From Candidatus Microgenomates bacterium (lineage in GTDB: Bacteria; Patescibacteriota; Microgenomatia; Daviesbacterales; UBA10151): a stretch of DNA of 64,000 nucleotides. This document shows, one piece after another, positions 1 to 8,736 of the stretch. Under the pieces are notes generated by a model. That model had not been told where the DNA came from, made no database searches, and was given only the letters and a program-made list of their open reading frames with translations. Made by a program: the position numbers and the translations under genes. Each line of letters opens with the position of its first letter. Position 1 is the first letter of the stretch. Where the stretch lies: the NCBI GenBank assembly GCA_016182045.1, contig JACOYE010000009.1, positions 1,328 to 65,327 on the forward strand, written 5' to 3'.

Positions 1-115
1 AAAATTTTTACCATTTTTTAATTAAGGATTACAGTGGTGAGCGAAGTCGAACCACTTTTTTGTGGGTAATTTCCAGGTTGTGTACCATAAGTCTGAATAT
101 TATAATAATTGAATA

Positions 116-433
116 ATGCTAAATGGGAAAAATAAAAAATACCTGCATATATCATTGATAATAGGAGTGGCGATTGTACTATTTGGATATTTACAATATA
201 AAGCAAAAGTTGAGGAAACTTATTCCCAAGAAAGAATTTATAATAATAAAGTTGAAAATTTACAAAAATGTCTTAATAATGCTGACAACAGACATGACAA
301 ACAAGGAATAGATTTATGTGAAAGTGTAGGAATGAATTCAACAAATTGTAGCTTACCGAACGATCAGATTCAACAATTAAGACAGGAGAGACAAAAGGAG
401 CGAGAAAACTGCTATAAGACATTTAAAGATTAA
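116..433 (+). CDS. hypothetical membrane-anchored protein
   Basis: 105 aa ORF with an N-terminal hydrophobic helix and 4 Cys in the C-terminal part. Confidence 0.6.
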   Translation: MLNGKNKKYLHISLIIGVAIVLFGYLQYKAKVEETYSQERIYNNKVENLQKCLNNADNRHDKQGIDLCESVGMNSTNCSLPNDQIQQLRQERQKERENCYKTFKD

Positions 434-593
434 AACAACAATTTGCCATCTGTCATATCACCTAGGAGGTAGAGTAGGCTTGACACCTGCGGATTTTTTA
501 CCATTTTTGAGGCTAAGAAGCTATGGGTGATGTGGCCAAGCTAGGCTTGATAGATTGCATAAAGATCTAATCTCGTGTTAGAATAGACTTAAC

Positions 594-788
594 ATGAAAC
601 AAGCAAAAATTCCCACAAATATCTTTAATAAATATCCTGGCAAAAGGGTGGCTATTGTCGAAGGAAAAGTGATCGCCGCATCTTTTGATGCTACTGTTGC
701 TTATGAATCTGCCAAAAAGAAATATCCCAATAAAAAAATTAGCATTTTTGCAGTTCCCCGAAAAGAAGACAAGTACCTCCTGGTATGA
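594..788 (+). CDS. DUF5678-like small protein
   Basis: KYPGKRVAIVEGKVIA motif; overlaps the next gene by ATGA. Confidence 0.7.
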   Translation: MKQAKIPTNIFNKYPGKRVAIVEGKVIAASFDATVAYESAKKKYPNKKISIFAVPRKEDKYLLV

Positions 789-1162
789 TTTTCCCCTATA
801 TTGATAACGAGCCTATTGTTCCGCTTGAAATTCAAACAGAGAATAGAGAATGGATTGAATTCCATGCTTATATAGATTCTGGTGCAGGCTATAGTGTTTT
901 CCATTCAGACCACGCGGAGTTGTTGGGTTTAAAGCTTGAGAATGGAAGAAGAGTTTACTTTACTGTTGGTGATGGTTCACAAATTCCCGCTTATGTTCAC
1001 AAAGTCAGTGTAAAGTTTGCAGGGAAAAAGTTTGAGGCACAAATAGCTTTCTCCTCCAGTCTGGGAGTAGGTACTAATCTCTTGGGTCTTGTTTCATTTT
1101 TTGACGAATTTTCATTCTGTTTTCATCACTTCAAGAAGTACGTTGAAATTAAGCAAAGATAA
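785..1162 (+). CDS. retropepsin-like (clan AA) aspartyl protease
   Basis: AYIDSGA catalytic motif and C-terminal LLG motif. Confidence 0.8.
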   Translation: MIFPYIDNEPIVPLEIQTENREWIEFHAYIDSGAGYSVFHSDHAELLGLKLENGRRVYFTVGDGSQIPAYVHKVSVKFAGKKFEAQIAFSSSLGVGTNLLGLVSFFDEFSFCFHHFKKYVEIKQR

Positions 1163-1266
1163 TAAGCGGCAAGTTTTAGGACTTTCACTGGTGGTGAGTC
1201 AATCCTTCGACAAACTCAGTGTAAACTTTGTCTAATCCAATCGAACCATGAGAAATATTGTCCAAA

Positions 1267-1413
1267 TTAAAATTTGGAATAACTTTTAATCAAGCTCACT
1301 GTTAGTTCATCGTCTGATAAGGCACGTTTAAGAATACTCTTTAATTTAGTGTTATTTCTCTTATATCTTTTAGTTGGTTTACAAAGACCGCAAGTAGATT
1401 TAGAAACTATCAT
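1267..1413 (-). CDS. 48-aa basic CxxC protein (not in ORF track)
   Basis: MIVSKSTCGLCKPTKRYKRNN...SKF*; its ATG overlaps the TGA of the upstream HTH gene (ATGA). Confidence 0.45.
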   Translation of the reverse strand: MIVSKSTCGLCKPTKRYKRNNTKLKSILKRALSDDELTVSLIKSYSKF

Positions 1414-1688
1414 GTTAATTGAATTTTTAATTTTAGGTTTAGAGCTGAAGCTACTTTTTGTATAAGCCCAATTGACGGGTTAGCACTCATACTCTCCAGC
1501 CTGGAAATAACCGCCTGGGTGGTATTTGCCCTTTTAGCCAGATCTCTTTGTGAGATCTTTTTATGCAGCCTGGCTGCAATAAGTGCTCTGCTGATTTGAT
1601 ACTCAGCCTCTGACTCTTCCCAAGCCTTTTTAAACTCGGGATCTTTTAAACTTTCTTTAAGATGCTGTCTGAATGTGTATATTTTCAT
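1410..1688 (-). CDS. XRE/HigA-type HTH antitoxin
   Basis: ISQRDLAKRANTTQAVISRLE HTH; directly downstream of a RelE-like gene. Confidence 0.85.
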   Translation of the reverse strand: MKIYTFRQHLKESLKDPEFKKAWEESEAEYQISRALIAARLHKKISQRDLAKRANTTQAVISRLESMSANPSIGLIQKVASALNLKLKIQLT

Positions 1689-1712
1689 ATTTTGATGATA
1701 TCCTAAAAGATA

Positions 1713-2060
1713 TCACTTTGTCAAGCTGTCAACTTCTTTTAACCGCACCAAAGCCACATTAATTTCTTTTGTAGGAGTTTTATTAGTCTTTTTAACAAAA
1801 GCGTGGAGCAATAAAACTTGTTTTTCCTGGCGGGTTACATATAAAATCCTTACACTATCTTCTCCTAAAATTCTGATCTCCCAGAGTGGAGTTCCAGTTA
1901 ACTTTTTAATATGTGGGGTAACAGAAGTTAATCCATACTCTTCTATATTAGAAAAAATTCTTAAAGCTTTAACTTTAGCTTTCAAATTAACATCTAGAAA
2001 CTCTTTTACAGGACTGTTACCAGAAAGTAAAATATAGTAATTAACTTTCCATTTATCCAT
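1713..2060 (-). CDS. RelE/HigB-family (Gp49-like) toxin
   Basis: SPVKEFL...LWEIR...RILY...LLHAFVKKTNKTP motifs. Confidence 0.85.
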   Translation of the reverse strand: MDKWKVNYYILLSGNSPVKEFLDVNLKAKVKALRIFSNIEEYGLTSVTPHIKKLTGTPLWEIRILGEDSVRILYVTRQEKQVLLLHAFVKKTNKTPTKEINVALVRLKEVDSLTK

Positions 2061-2065
2061 TGAGA

Positions 2066-2218
2066 CTATTTCTTTTCTTTTTTTAAGTCTCTTGTACTTA
2101 TTAAGACTACTAATGGTTTTCCAGACCGGGTTATAAGAATCTTTTTTCTACCAAAATGAACTTCATTTAAAACCTCTGCAAAATTTTGTCTGGCATATTT
2201 TGCTGTAACAGTTTTCAT
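2066..2218 (-). CDS. Phd/YefM-family antitoxin
   Basis: MKTVTAKYARQNFAEVLNEV...ILITRSGKPLVVLIS; start moved to the ATG at 2218. Confidence 0.8.
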   Translation of the reverse strand: MKTVTAKYARQNFAEVLNEVHFGRKKILITRSGKPLVVLISTRDLKKEKK

Positions 2219-2284
2219 TAATAATATTCTATTAACTAAGAGTCTAAAATGCAAATTGTGTACATTTGATACACTTTGTATATA

Positions 2285-2314
2285 TTGACAAGTAGATTTA
2301 AATACAGTTATTAT
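2285..2314 (+). promoter_or_regulatory. sigma70-like promoter
   Basis: TTGACA (2285-2290), 18-nt spacer, TATTAT (2309-2314). Confidence 0.55.
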
Positions 2315-2323
2315 TAAAAAGAT

Positions 2324-2404
2324 ATGCTAGACATCAATGTTACATACGGGAATAGCAAATTGAGTAATTGTAAAATGAGTAATTTTCATTTCCTCAAAGA
2401 ATAA
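2324..2404 (+). CDS. possible 26-aa leader peptide
   Basis: MLDINVTYGNSKLSNCKMSNFHFLKE*, starting 9 nt after the -10 box. Confidence 0.3.
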   Translation: MLDINVTYGNSKLSNCKMSNFHFLKE

Positions 2405-2474
2405 TTCCCAATAAAATAATTTAATTGGTTAGTTAAATTAGGCCTAATTAACTCCCGGAAAGCGGTGAGTTAAT

Positions 2475-2660
2475 ATGTCAACAATAAGCGGTGGTAGAAA
2501 AGGTCGAAAGATTGGACGTAACAAAGCAAAGTGCGAAAGATACAGGCTTTCCCACCGCCGAGAGAAAAATAAAATTAGAAAAATTCTGAAGCATCTTAAA
2601 AAGCATCCAAATAATACGGCTGCATTAAGGAGGATTGAAGAATTAAAAAGAATAATTTAA
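2475..2660 (+). CDS. small Lys/Arg-rich protein, putative RNA-binding
   Basis: 61 aa, very basic, HLKKHPN motif; GGTGAG SD-like element inside a hairpin just upstream. Confidence 0.65.
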   Translation: MSTISGGRKGRKIGRNKAKCERYRLSHRREKNKIRKILKHLKKHPNNTAALRRIEELKRII

Positions 2661-2661
2661 T

Positions 2662-2781
2662 AACAGGTGGAGGGATAAGCTGACCCCCTCATAATTCCGC
2701 AAGGATAAGTAGAGTTCTGCAAGGTTGCGCGGCATCTAGGCGGGAAACTCCCGACGTAGGTCTAGTAACAACCAGCCTGTT
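2662..2781 (+). ncRNA. unclassified structured RNA A (~120 nt)
   Basis: ends pair (AACAGG 2662-2667 with CCTGTT 2776-2781); internal GAGGG/CCCTC, TCC-GCAA-GGA and CGGGA/TCCCG hairpins; GC-rich against AT-rich flanks. Confidence 0.5.
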
Positions 2782-2796
2782 TTGAAATTATTTTAA

Positions 2797-3021
2797 TGGG
2801 TAGTGGCTGAATAATCCGCTATGCAGGGATAAAGCGGCTTCTGCTCCGATGAAAATCGGAGAGCCAACGGCAAGTGCTGAGGCTAAACAGGAGTGCTGGG
2901 AGCCAAAATTGGTTTGACCTGAACCCAAACCGGTCTAACTACTGCAGAGGCTCCAAAACTTGGAAGAGTAGGTTAAGAAGAGGAGAGAAGTCTCTGAATC
3001 AAGACAATTCTTCCCTACCCA
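2797..3021 (+). ncRNA. unclassified structured RNA B (~225 nt)
   Basis: ends pair (TGGGTAG/CTACCCA); stems CCGCT/AGCGG, CTCCGAT-GAAA-ATCGGAG, GGAGCC/GGCTCC, ATTGGTTTG/CAAACCGGT; possible pseudoknot TGCAG(2822-2826)/CTGCA(2942-2946). Confidence 0.55.
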
Positions 3022-3083
3022 CTTATTTTTAAGCAAATTTTAGGATTTTTGGGAAATATTGTCTAGCATGGTAAGATTATTTT

Positions 3084-3542
3084 GTGAAGACTGTTTTTGT
3101 TATCATTGCAGTGTTTGCTGTTTTGGTAGCTAGTATCATTTATCTAAACAGATCGAAAATCCCCCAACCTGCTACTCAAATTTCAACCCCTACACCTGTA
3201 TTAGAAGAAAAAGTAAATATTAAAGCCACTTTCACCATCATTACCGGCAATATTACAAGAAGTTTTAGGGCTGAAAAATATCATAATCAATCACCTAATG
3301 TTTATATCCAAAATCCCGATCCTTCAGTTGTCTATGTCACCAAAAAAGGAATTAGATGGAGTGATTTTTTTAATACACTGCCAATGAAACTAACCAAAGA
3401 ATGCTTAACAACAGGCGATGGTGAGACTTTTTGTGATGGCAAAGATGGATCCTTAAAATTTTACCTAAATGATATTGAAACTCCAAATCTTTTAGAAGAG
3501 CAAATTAAAGAAGTTGATAAAGCTCTAATTAAATTTAACTAA
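3084..3542 (+). CDS. hypothetical membrane-anchored protein
   Basis: N-terminal TM helix, Pro/Thr linker, two-Cys soluble domain. Confidence 0.7.
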   Translation: MKTVFVIIAVFAVLVASIIYLNRSKIPQPATQISTPTPVLEEKVNIKATFTIITGNITRSFRAEKYHNQSPNVYIQNPDPSVVYVTKKGIRWSDFFNTLPMKLTKECLTTGDGETFCDGKDGSLKFYLNDIETPNLLEEQIKEVDKALIKFN

Positions 3543-3564
3543 CTGGAAATGCTAAAATACAAGT

Positions 3565-4059
3565 ATGTCACACCACATACATGAGGATTATTTAAGATCT
3601 GCTCTTTTTGGGATACAGGATGGGCTGGTTTCCACCACTGGCGTGGTGGTGGGGATCTCCACCGGAGTTGAGGATAAAGCCATCATCATTTTGGCCTCTT
3701 TAGTGGCAGTCACAGTTGAGGCCTCGTCCATGGCAGCCGGACAATATTCTTCCGAAAAAGCAGTCCATCAGATGGATAAAACCGGAAAGCATACAGACAG
3801 CTTAATAGTAGGAGCTTTGATAATGTTTTTTGGATATTTATTGGGAGGAGTAGTCCCCATCATCCCCACTATTCTTTTTAACCAACCACAAGCCAGGATC
3901 ATTGCCATCATCGCAGCTTTTGTGGGACTTTTTCTTTTGGGGTATGCTAAAGGACAAATCGTAGAACACAAACCCTTAAGATCAGCTGCCGAGCTTTTTA
4001 TCATCGGAGCTCTTGCTACCACCATTGGTCTGGTAGTAGGATATTTATTCAGGGTTTAA
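3565..4059 (+). CDS. VIT1/CCC1-family transporter
   Basis: LRSALFGIQDGLVS and SMAAGQYSSEK motifs. Confidence 0.9.
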   Translation: MSHHIHEDYLRSALFGIQDGLVSTTGVVVGISTGVEDKAIIILASLVAVTVEASSMAAGQYSSEKAVHQMDKTGKHTDSLIVGALIMFFGYLLGGVVPIIPTILFNQPQARIIAIIAAFVGLFLLGYAKGQIVEHKPLRSAAELFIIGALATTIGLVVGYLFRV

Positions 4060-4727
4060 TCATATTTAGCAGATAAAAACTGACATTCCGGGAAAGAAAT
4101 ACAGCCGTATTTAATTACCTTGCTCATGGCAGCAAGTCTTTTGCCTAAAATTCTGGCAATTTTTTTATCTCCGTCCGAAAGTTGCTGATTACCCTTGTGT
4201 CCTGAAACATAAACTGCCCCGTAAGGAGAACCTGCATCAAAATCAGATCCCTCTCCCTGAACCGGATAAGGCACCCCTATGGGGATCATGCCCAAATTTA
4301 AAAGAGGGATCATGGTGGAAATAAGCGCCGCTTCCTCTCCGCCATGCATGGAGCCGGCAGAACAAAAAAAGGCAGCCGGTTTCCCGACCATGGTACCCTT
4401 GATAAATACGGGAGAAAGTTGATCTATAAATTGTTTAAGCTGGGAAGCAAAAGATCCAAAATGAACCGGTGTTCCAAAAGCCACCCCATCAGCAGATGTT
4501 AAATCCTCCAAGTTGGCCACAGGAACATCGGCAAAGACTTCCTTGGTTTTTTTTAGTTCCAGCTTGCTCTCAAAAAAACTATCCGGCAAAAGCTCTGGGA
4601 CTTGTTTTATTTCCACTTGTGCTCCTTCAATTTCTTCTGCCCCCTCAGCAATATATTTGGCAAGCTCAGCTGTATGTCCTGTAAATGAGTAAAACAAAAC
4701 TAGAATTTTAAATTTTGTTTCCACCAA
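4056..4727 (-). CDS. wrbA: NAD(P)H:quinone oxidoreductase, WrbA family
   Basis: FYSFTGHT, FGTPVHFG, HGGEE and GSPYGA flavodoxin motifs. Confidence 0.9.
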   Translation of the reverse strand: MVETKFKILVLFYSFTGHTAELAKYIAEGAEEIEGAQVEIKQVPELLPDSFFESKLELKKTKEVFADVPVANLEDLTSADGVAFGTPVHFGSFASQLKQFIDQLSPVFIKGTMVGKPAAFFCSAGSMHGGEEAALISTMIPLLNLGMIPIGVPYPVQGEGSDFDAGSPYGAVYVSGHKGNQQLSDGDKKIARILGKRLAAMSKVIKYGCISFPECQFLSAKYD

Positions 4728-4747
4728 TTCATGGTATCATGAAATCA

Positions 4748-5368
4748 ATGGTCAAACAATCTCAATTTAATAGAATAGTTGAATTCGGAATCCCGATATT
4801 ACTGTTGTGGATGTTTTTTCAGTTTTATAACTTTGGAAAAGTTACCCCCTCAGAAATGATTAAAACCACCGGACTTTTGGCTATTAGTCTTTTAGGGATT
4901 ACCCTTCTGATCGGACCTCTTAGCAGAATACTACCCGGTCTGAATTTTCTGAAAGCCTTTCGGAAAACATGGGGCATCTTAAGTTTTGTAGCGGCTTTTA
5001 TGCATACTCTTTTAGTTTATACCTACTTTTTCAAATTTAATTTTTTGCGTTTTATAGATACGTCAAACCCAAAATATGGCGGGATTTTATCTGGGCTTTT
5101 AGCTTTAATAATCCTTCTTTTAGTCACCTTAACCTCCAACCAGAAAGCCATCGATAAACTGTCTCCCAGGATATGGAAGATTATTCAAACCACCAGCTAT
5201 TTAGCTTTAATTTTGGCTGTTTTGCACTTTTATCTGATGGAGCAGGCAGACGGAGCCTTGGTTATCAGAAGACTATTGGGGCAAATCACTTATGTGGCTG
5301 CTATTTTGGTAATCATACTGAGATTATTAATCCTGTTTTTGCCCTCTAAAAAAGAAGCTTCTCACTAG
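4748..5368 (+). CDS. ferric-reductase-like transmembrane protein (MsrQ-like)
   Basis: multi-TM; RKTWG...H and LTLTSN...W...LH heme-ligand pattern; start 4748 follows a -10-like TATCAT. Confidence 0.75.
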   Translation: MVKQSQFNRIVEFGIPILLLWMFFQFYNFGKVTPSEMIKTTGLLAISLLGITLLIGPLSRILPGLNFLKAFRKTWGILSFVAAFMHTLLVYTYFFKFNFLRFIDTSNPKYGGILSGLLALIILLLVTLTSNQKAIDKLSPRIWKIIQTTSYLALILAVLHFYLMEQADGALVIRRLLGQITYVAAILVIILRLLILFLPSKKEASH

Positions 5369-5452
5369 ATCAGCCATAAAGTTGCCCAACGCCACCATAC
5401 CTGCCAAAAGGACTGTAATGGTTTGTTCACAAACTCCACAAACCCATCCCAA

Positions 5453-6436
5453 TTATTTTCCTTTCATTTTTAAAACATGAGTTACGCCCTTAATAATAGC
5501 TTCTTTGGTTAAACCGAATTTTTCCAAAAGTTCATTTGGCTCGCCGGATTCACCAAATCTATCTTCAACTCCAATAATTTTTATAGGTACCGGATAATTT
5601 TGAGAAACTACCTCCGAAACAGCTGAACCTAATCCTCCATGGATTTGATGTTCTTCCACAGTTACAATTGCCCCACATTCTTCTGCAGCTTTTAGTATGG
5701 TATCTTTATCTAAAGGCTTAATAGTGTGGGAATTTATTACTCGAACACTAATTTTGTGCGATTCCAGCTCTTTCGCAGCTATTAAAGCTCTATACACCAT
5801 TTGACCGCAGGCGATCACAGCTACATCCTTACCATCTAGATAAATCTCTGCTTTACCAATCACAAATGGGGTTTGCTCTGTCGTGATAACAGGCACTTTT
5901 TCCCTGGATAACCTTATATAACAGGGTTGGGGATGATGAGCTATAGCTAAGGTAGCTTTTCTGGCTTCAATGGCATCTGTTGGACAAATCACCACCATAT
6001 TTGGTAAGGCTCTGGTGATGGCCATATCCTCCAAAGCCTGATGTGTAGCACCATCAGGGCCAACAGAAATACCAGCATGGGAACCAATAATTTTGACAGG
6101 TCTATCGTTATAACAAATGGTGGTTCTGATTTGTTCCCAATTCCTGCCTGGGGAAAACATGGCATAAGAGGTGATAAAGGGAATCTTTCCCACCGCTGCC
6201 ATGCCGGAGGCAACAGTTGCTAAATTTTGTTCAGCCACTCCCATCTCCACAAACCTGTCTGGAAATTTATCTTTAAAAGCTTGAGTCCTGGTTGACTCTG
6301 TCAAATCAGCACACAAAGCCACCACATTTTTATTCTCTTCACCAGCTAAAACTAAACCCTCTCCATATCCATTTCTGGAAGGCACTTGCTCAATATCTTC
6401 ATCAAACAGCTTTGTATTTAGATGTGGATCACTCAT
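5453..6436 (-). CDS. transketolase, C-terminal subunit
   Basis: GVAEQN, GPDGATHQ and VEEHQIHGGLG motifs. Confidence 0.95.
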   Translation of the reverse strand: MSDPHLNTKLFDEDIEQVPSRNGYGEGLVLAGEENKNVVALCADLTESTRTQAFKDKFPDRFVEMGVAEQNLATVASGMAAVGKIPFITSYAMFSPGRNWEQIRTTICYNDRPVKIIGSHAGISVGPDGATHQALEDMAITRALPNMVVICPTDAIEARKATLAIAHHPQPCYIRLSREKVPVITTEQTPFVIGKAEIYLDGKDVAVIACGQMVYRALIAAKELESHKISVRVINSHTIKPLDKDTILKAAEECGAIVTVEEHQIHGGLGSAVSEVVSQNYPVPIKIIGVEDRFGESGEPNELLEKFGLTKEAIIKGVTHVLKMKGK

Positions 6437-7316
6437 GTTCGCTCCTAATCTTTCCTTGTAAGGTTCTTAGTTCTTTTAAGGCCACTTCTGCCTGATGGCC
6501 TTTTGGTGGAGCTCCTTTGACATCTCCCGCATCTGGTGGAATACCATGCCATTTGAAATCTTTCTCCATAAAATCTACCCCTTTCCCAGGAATAGTGTGA
6601 GCTATAATTACCACTGGTTTTTCATATATGGCCTTTGCTTCATTGCAGGCATCTATAATCTGTTCAAAATTATGCCCGTCAATTTCAAGTGCGTGCCAGC
6701 CAAAAGCTTCATACTTTTCCTTTAAAGGTTCCAAAGGCATGATATTTTCTGTAAAACCATCAATTTGAATATTATTTCTATCCATAATGGCAGTGATATT
6801 ATTCAGTTTATTTTTGCCGGCAAACATAACTGCCTCCCAGGTATTACCAGCATCTTGCTCTCCATCAGACATTAAACAATAAACCCATCTTTTGGAATTA
6901 TCCATCTTCAAAGCCAGAGCCATCCCACAAGCTTGAGATAAGCCGGAACCTAAGGGACCGGAAGTTGTTTCAACACCAGGAAGAGCACCTCTGTGTGGAT
7001 GACCCTGAAGTCTGGTACCCAACTTTCTTAAAGTTTTTAACTCTGAAACAGGAAAATATCCAGCATGTGCTAAAGTAGCATACCAAACAGGACAGATATG
7101 ACCATTTGATAAAACTAACATATCCCTTTCATCCCAGTTCGGATTTTTGGGATCATGTTTTAAAATATGAAAATACAAAGCAGTAAAAATATCTGCCATA
7201 CCCAAAGGACCTGCAGAGTGACCTGATCCAGCTTCAAGCAACATCTTGATGATATCCTGACGGACCAAATTGGCCTTTTCTTCTAATTTATGGAAATCAT
7301 CTATCTTTTTTGACAT
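6429..7316 (-). CDS. transketolase, N-terminal subunit
   Basis: SGH, LQGHP, SGPLGSG and SDGE TPP-binding motifs. Confidence 0.95.
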   Translation of the reverse strand: MSKKIDDFHKLEEKANLVRQDIIKMLLEAGSGHSAGPLGMADIFTALYFHILKHDPKNPNWDERDMLVLSNGHICPVWYATLAHAGYFPVSELKTLRKLGTRLQGHPHRGALPGVETTSGPLGSGLSQACGMALALKMDNSKRWVYCLMSDGEQDAGNTWEAVMFAGKNKLNNITAIMDRNNIQIDGFTENIMPLEPLKEKYEAFGWHALEIDGHNFEQIIDACNEAKAIYEKPVVIIAHTIPGKGVDFMEKDFKWHGIPPDAGDVKGAPPKGHQAEVALKELRTLQGKIRSEHE

Positions 7317-7339
7317 ACGATAACTGTACCAGCAAATTC

Positions 7340-7999
7340 TTAAAGGGTAAAGGCTTGTTCCTCATCATTGTCAACTCTTAAATGAATATGTTTGCCCTCT
7401 TTTATTTCCCTGCCAAATTCTGTGATGGCCACCAATACTTCATGAGGTGAGTTGACAATTTTAAAAACAGACAAATCACCTTCCCGAAGATGCATATTTT
7501 TTTTAAAAGCTTCAATAATCTCATGCCAAAAATTACCGTAAAGAATCAATGGCTTGTGGTGACCAAAGTAAAGCCGAGCCAGACCCCAAGCCATACCAAA
7601 TTCAGAGATAGTCCCTGTCCCGCCATTTAAAACCACATAAACTTGTCCACGTTCCAAAAGCCTCAAAGTTCTTTCCACATAATTTTGGGTGATAACTTCC
7701 TCATCTACCTGATTTTGCGGATCTTTGCCTTCATACCTGATTATCTCTTTGGGGTAGAATGTCACCCCTGTCACTTTACCGCCTACTGCATGAGCACCTT
7801 CGGTGGCTGCTCTCATCACCCCTGGCCCTCCGCCATTAACCACCAAATAACCAGTTTGAGCCAATATTTTGGCCACATTAAAGGCATCTTTGTAAAGGTT
7901 ACTATTCACTGGCGCATCGGCAAATCCAAAAATGGCCACCCGGTCAATATTTCCCGCCTTCTCGTGATCTTTTGGATTTTCGCAGTTAAGGTTATCCAT
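7340..7999 (-). CDS. LOG-family nucleotide-binding protein
   Basis: NGGGPGVM and GGTGTISE motifs. Confidence 0.85.
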   Translation of the reverse strand: MDNLNCENPKDHEKAGNIDRVAIFGFADAPVNSNLYKDAFNVAKILAQTGYLVVNGGGPGVMRAATEGAHAVGGKVTGVTFYPKEIIRYEGKDPQNQVDEEVITQNYVERTLRLLERGQVYVVLNGGTGTISEFGMAWGLARLYFGHHKPLILYGNFWHEIIEAFKKNMHLREGDLSVFKIVNSPHEVLVAITEFGREIKEGKHIHLRVDNDEEQAFTL

Positions 8000-8639
8000 G
8001 TATTGCTTCCCACAATCTTTCTAAATTTTCATCAATATCTCCCTTAAAAAGAAACGATCCCACCGCCAAATTATCTACTCCAGCTTCCACCAAACTTTTT
8101 ACTGTTTGCGGATTTATTCCCCCATCTTCTCCAATCAAAAAATCATATTTTAATTTCAACTGTGCCAGTTTCTTGATTTTATCCAAAGTCTCCGGTATCA
8201 ATTTTTGTCCTTGAAATCCCGGACGTACTCCCATTACTAACACTAGATCTATTCTATCAAGAAACTCTAGTAATTTATCTACCTCAGTTTCAGGGTTTAT
8301 TGATAATCCAACTTGGATGTGATAATTTTTCACCTGCGTTATCAATTCAGCAGTATTTCCCACTTCAATAGGAAAAATGATCCTTTTAAATCCTAATTCA
8401 ACCAACTCATCAATCCAATCTTGTGGGTCAGCCACCATGAGTTGAGCTTCTTTTTGGGAATTAATGGGATATTTGGCAACCACCTCCAAGCCAATACTCA
8501 AATTTGGAACAAATTTATTGTCCATGAGGTCAATTTGTACCCAACCATCTTTGAAGGCACCGCTAGATTGAATCTGTTCTATCTGTTTTTTATAACCTTC
8601 TTCAGTTGTGGCAAATACTGTGGGTAAAATTTGTACCAT
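7992..8639 (-). CDS. rpe: ribulose-phosphate 3-epimerase
   Basis: DLMDNKFVPN, MGVRPGFQGQ and DGGIN motifs. Confidence 0.9.
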   Translation of the reverse strand: MVQILPTVFATTEEGYKKQIEQIQSSGAFKDGWVQIDLMDNKFVPNLSIGLEVVAKYPINSQKEAQLMVADPQDWIDELVELGFKRIIFPIEVGNTAELITQVKNYHIQVGLSINPETEVDKLLEFLDRIDLVLVMGVRPGFQGQKLIPETLDKIKKLAQLKLKYDFLIGEDGGINPQTVKSLVEAGVDNLAVGSFLFKGDIDENLERLWEAIHG

Positions 8640-8655
8640 AAAGCTCTTCCCTTGT

Positions 8656-8736
8656 CAAAAATGATCATTTAGATCATTTTTGCAAGCGATCTCCTTCGTG
8701 AAGAAAAGTTTGAGATCAATTTTAACTTTTCTTCAC
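8656..8736. repeat. two perfect inverted repeats between rpiB and rpe
   Basis: CAAAAATGATC/GATCATTTTTG (8656-8682) and GTGAAGAAAAGTT/AACTTTTCTTCAC (8698-8736). Confidence 0.7.

Noticed and set aside
5-508. TTTTTACCATTTTT direct repeat (5-18 and 495-508) around the first gene
   Set aside because: Low-complexity 14-mer in AT-rich DNA at the window edge; cannot be distinguished from chance or promoter-like sequence
2797-3021. Group I intron or tmRNA call for RNA B
   Set aside because: No interrupted host gene, no convincing P4/P7 pairing, and no tRNA-like TTCRA arm or CCA end; kept as unclassified
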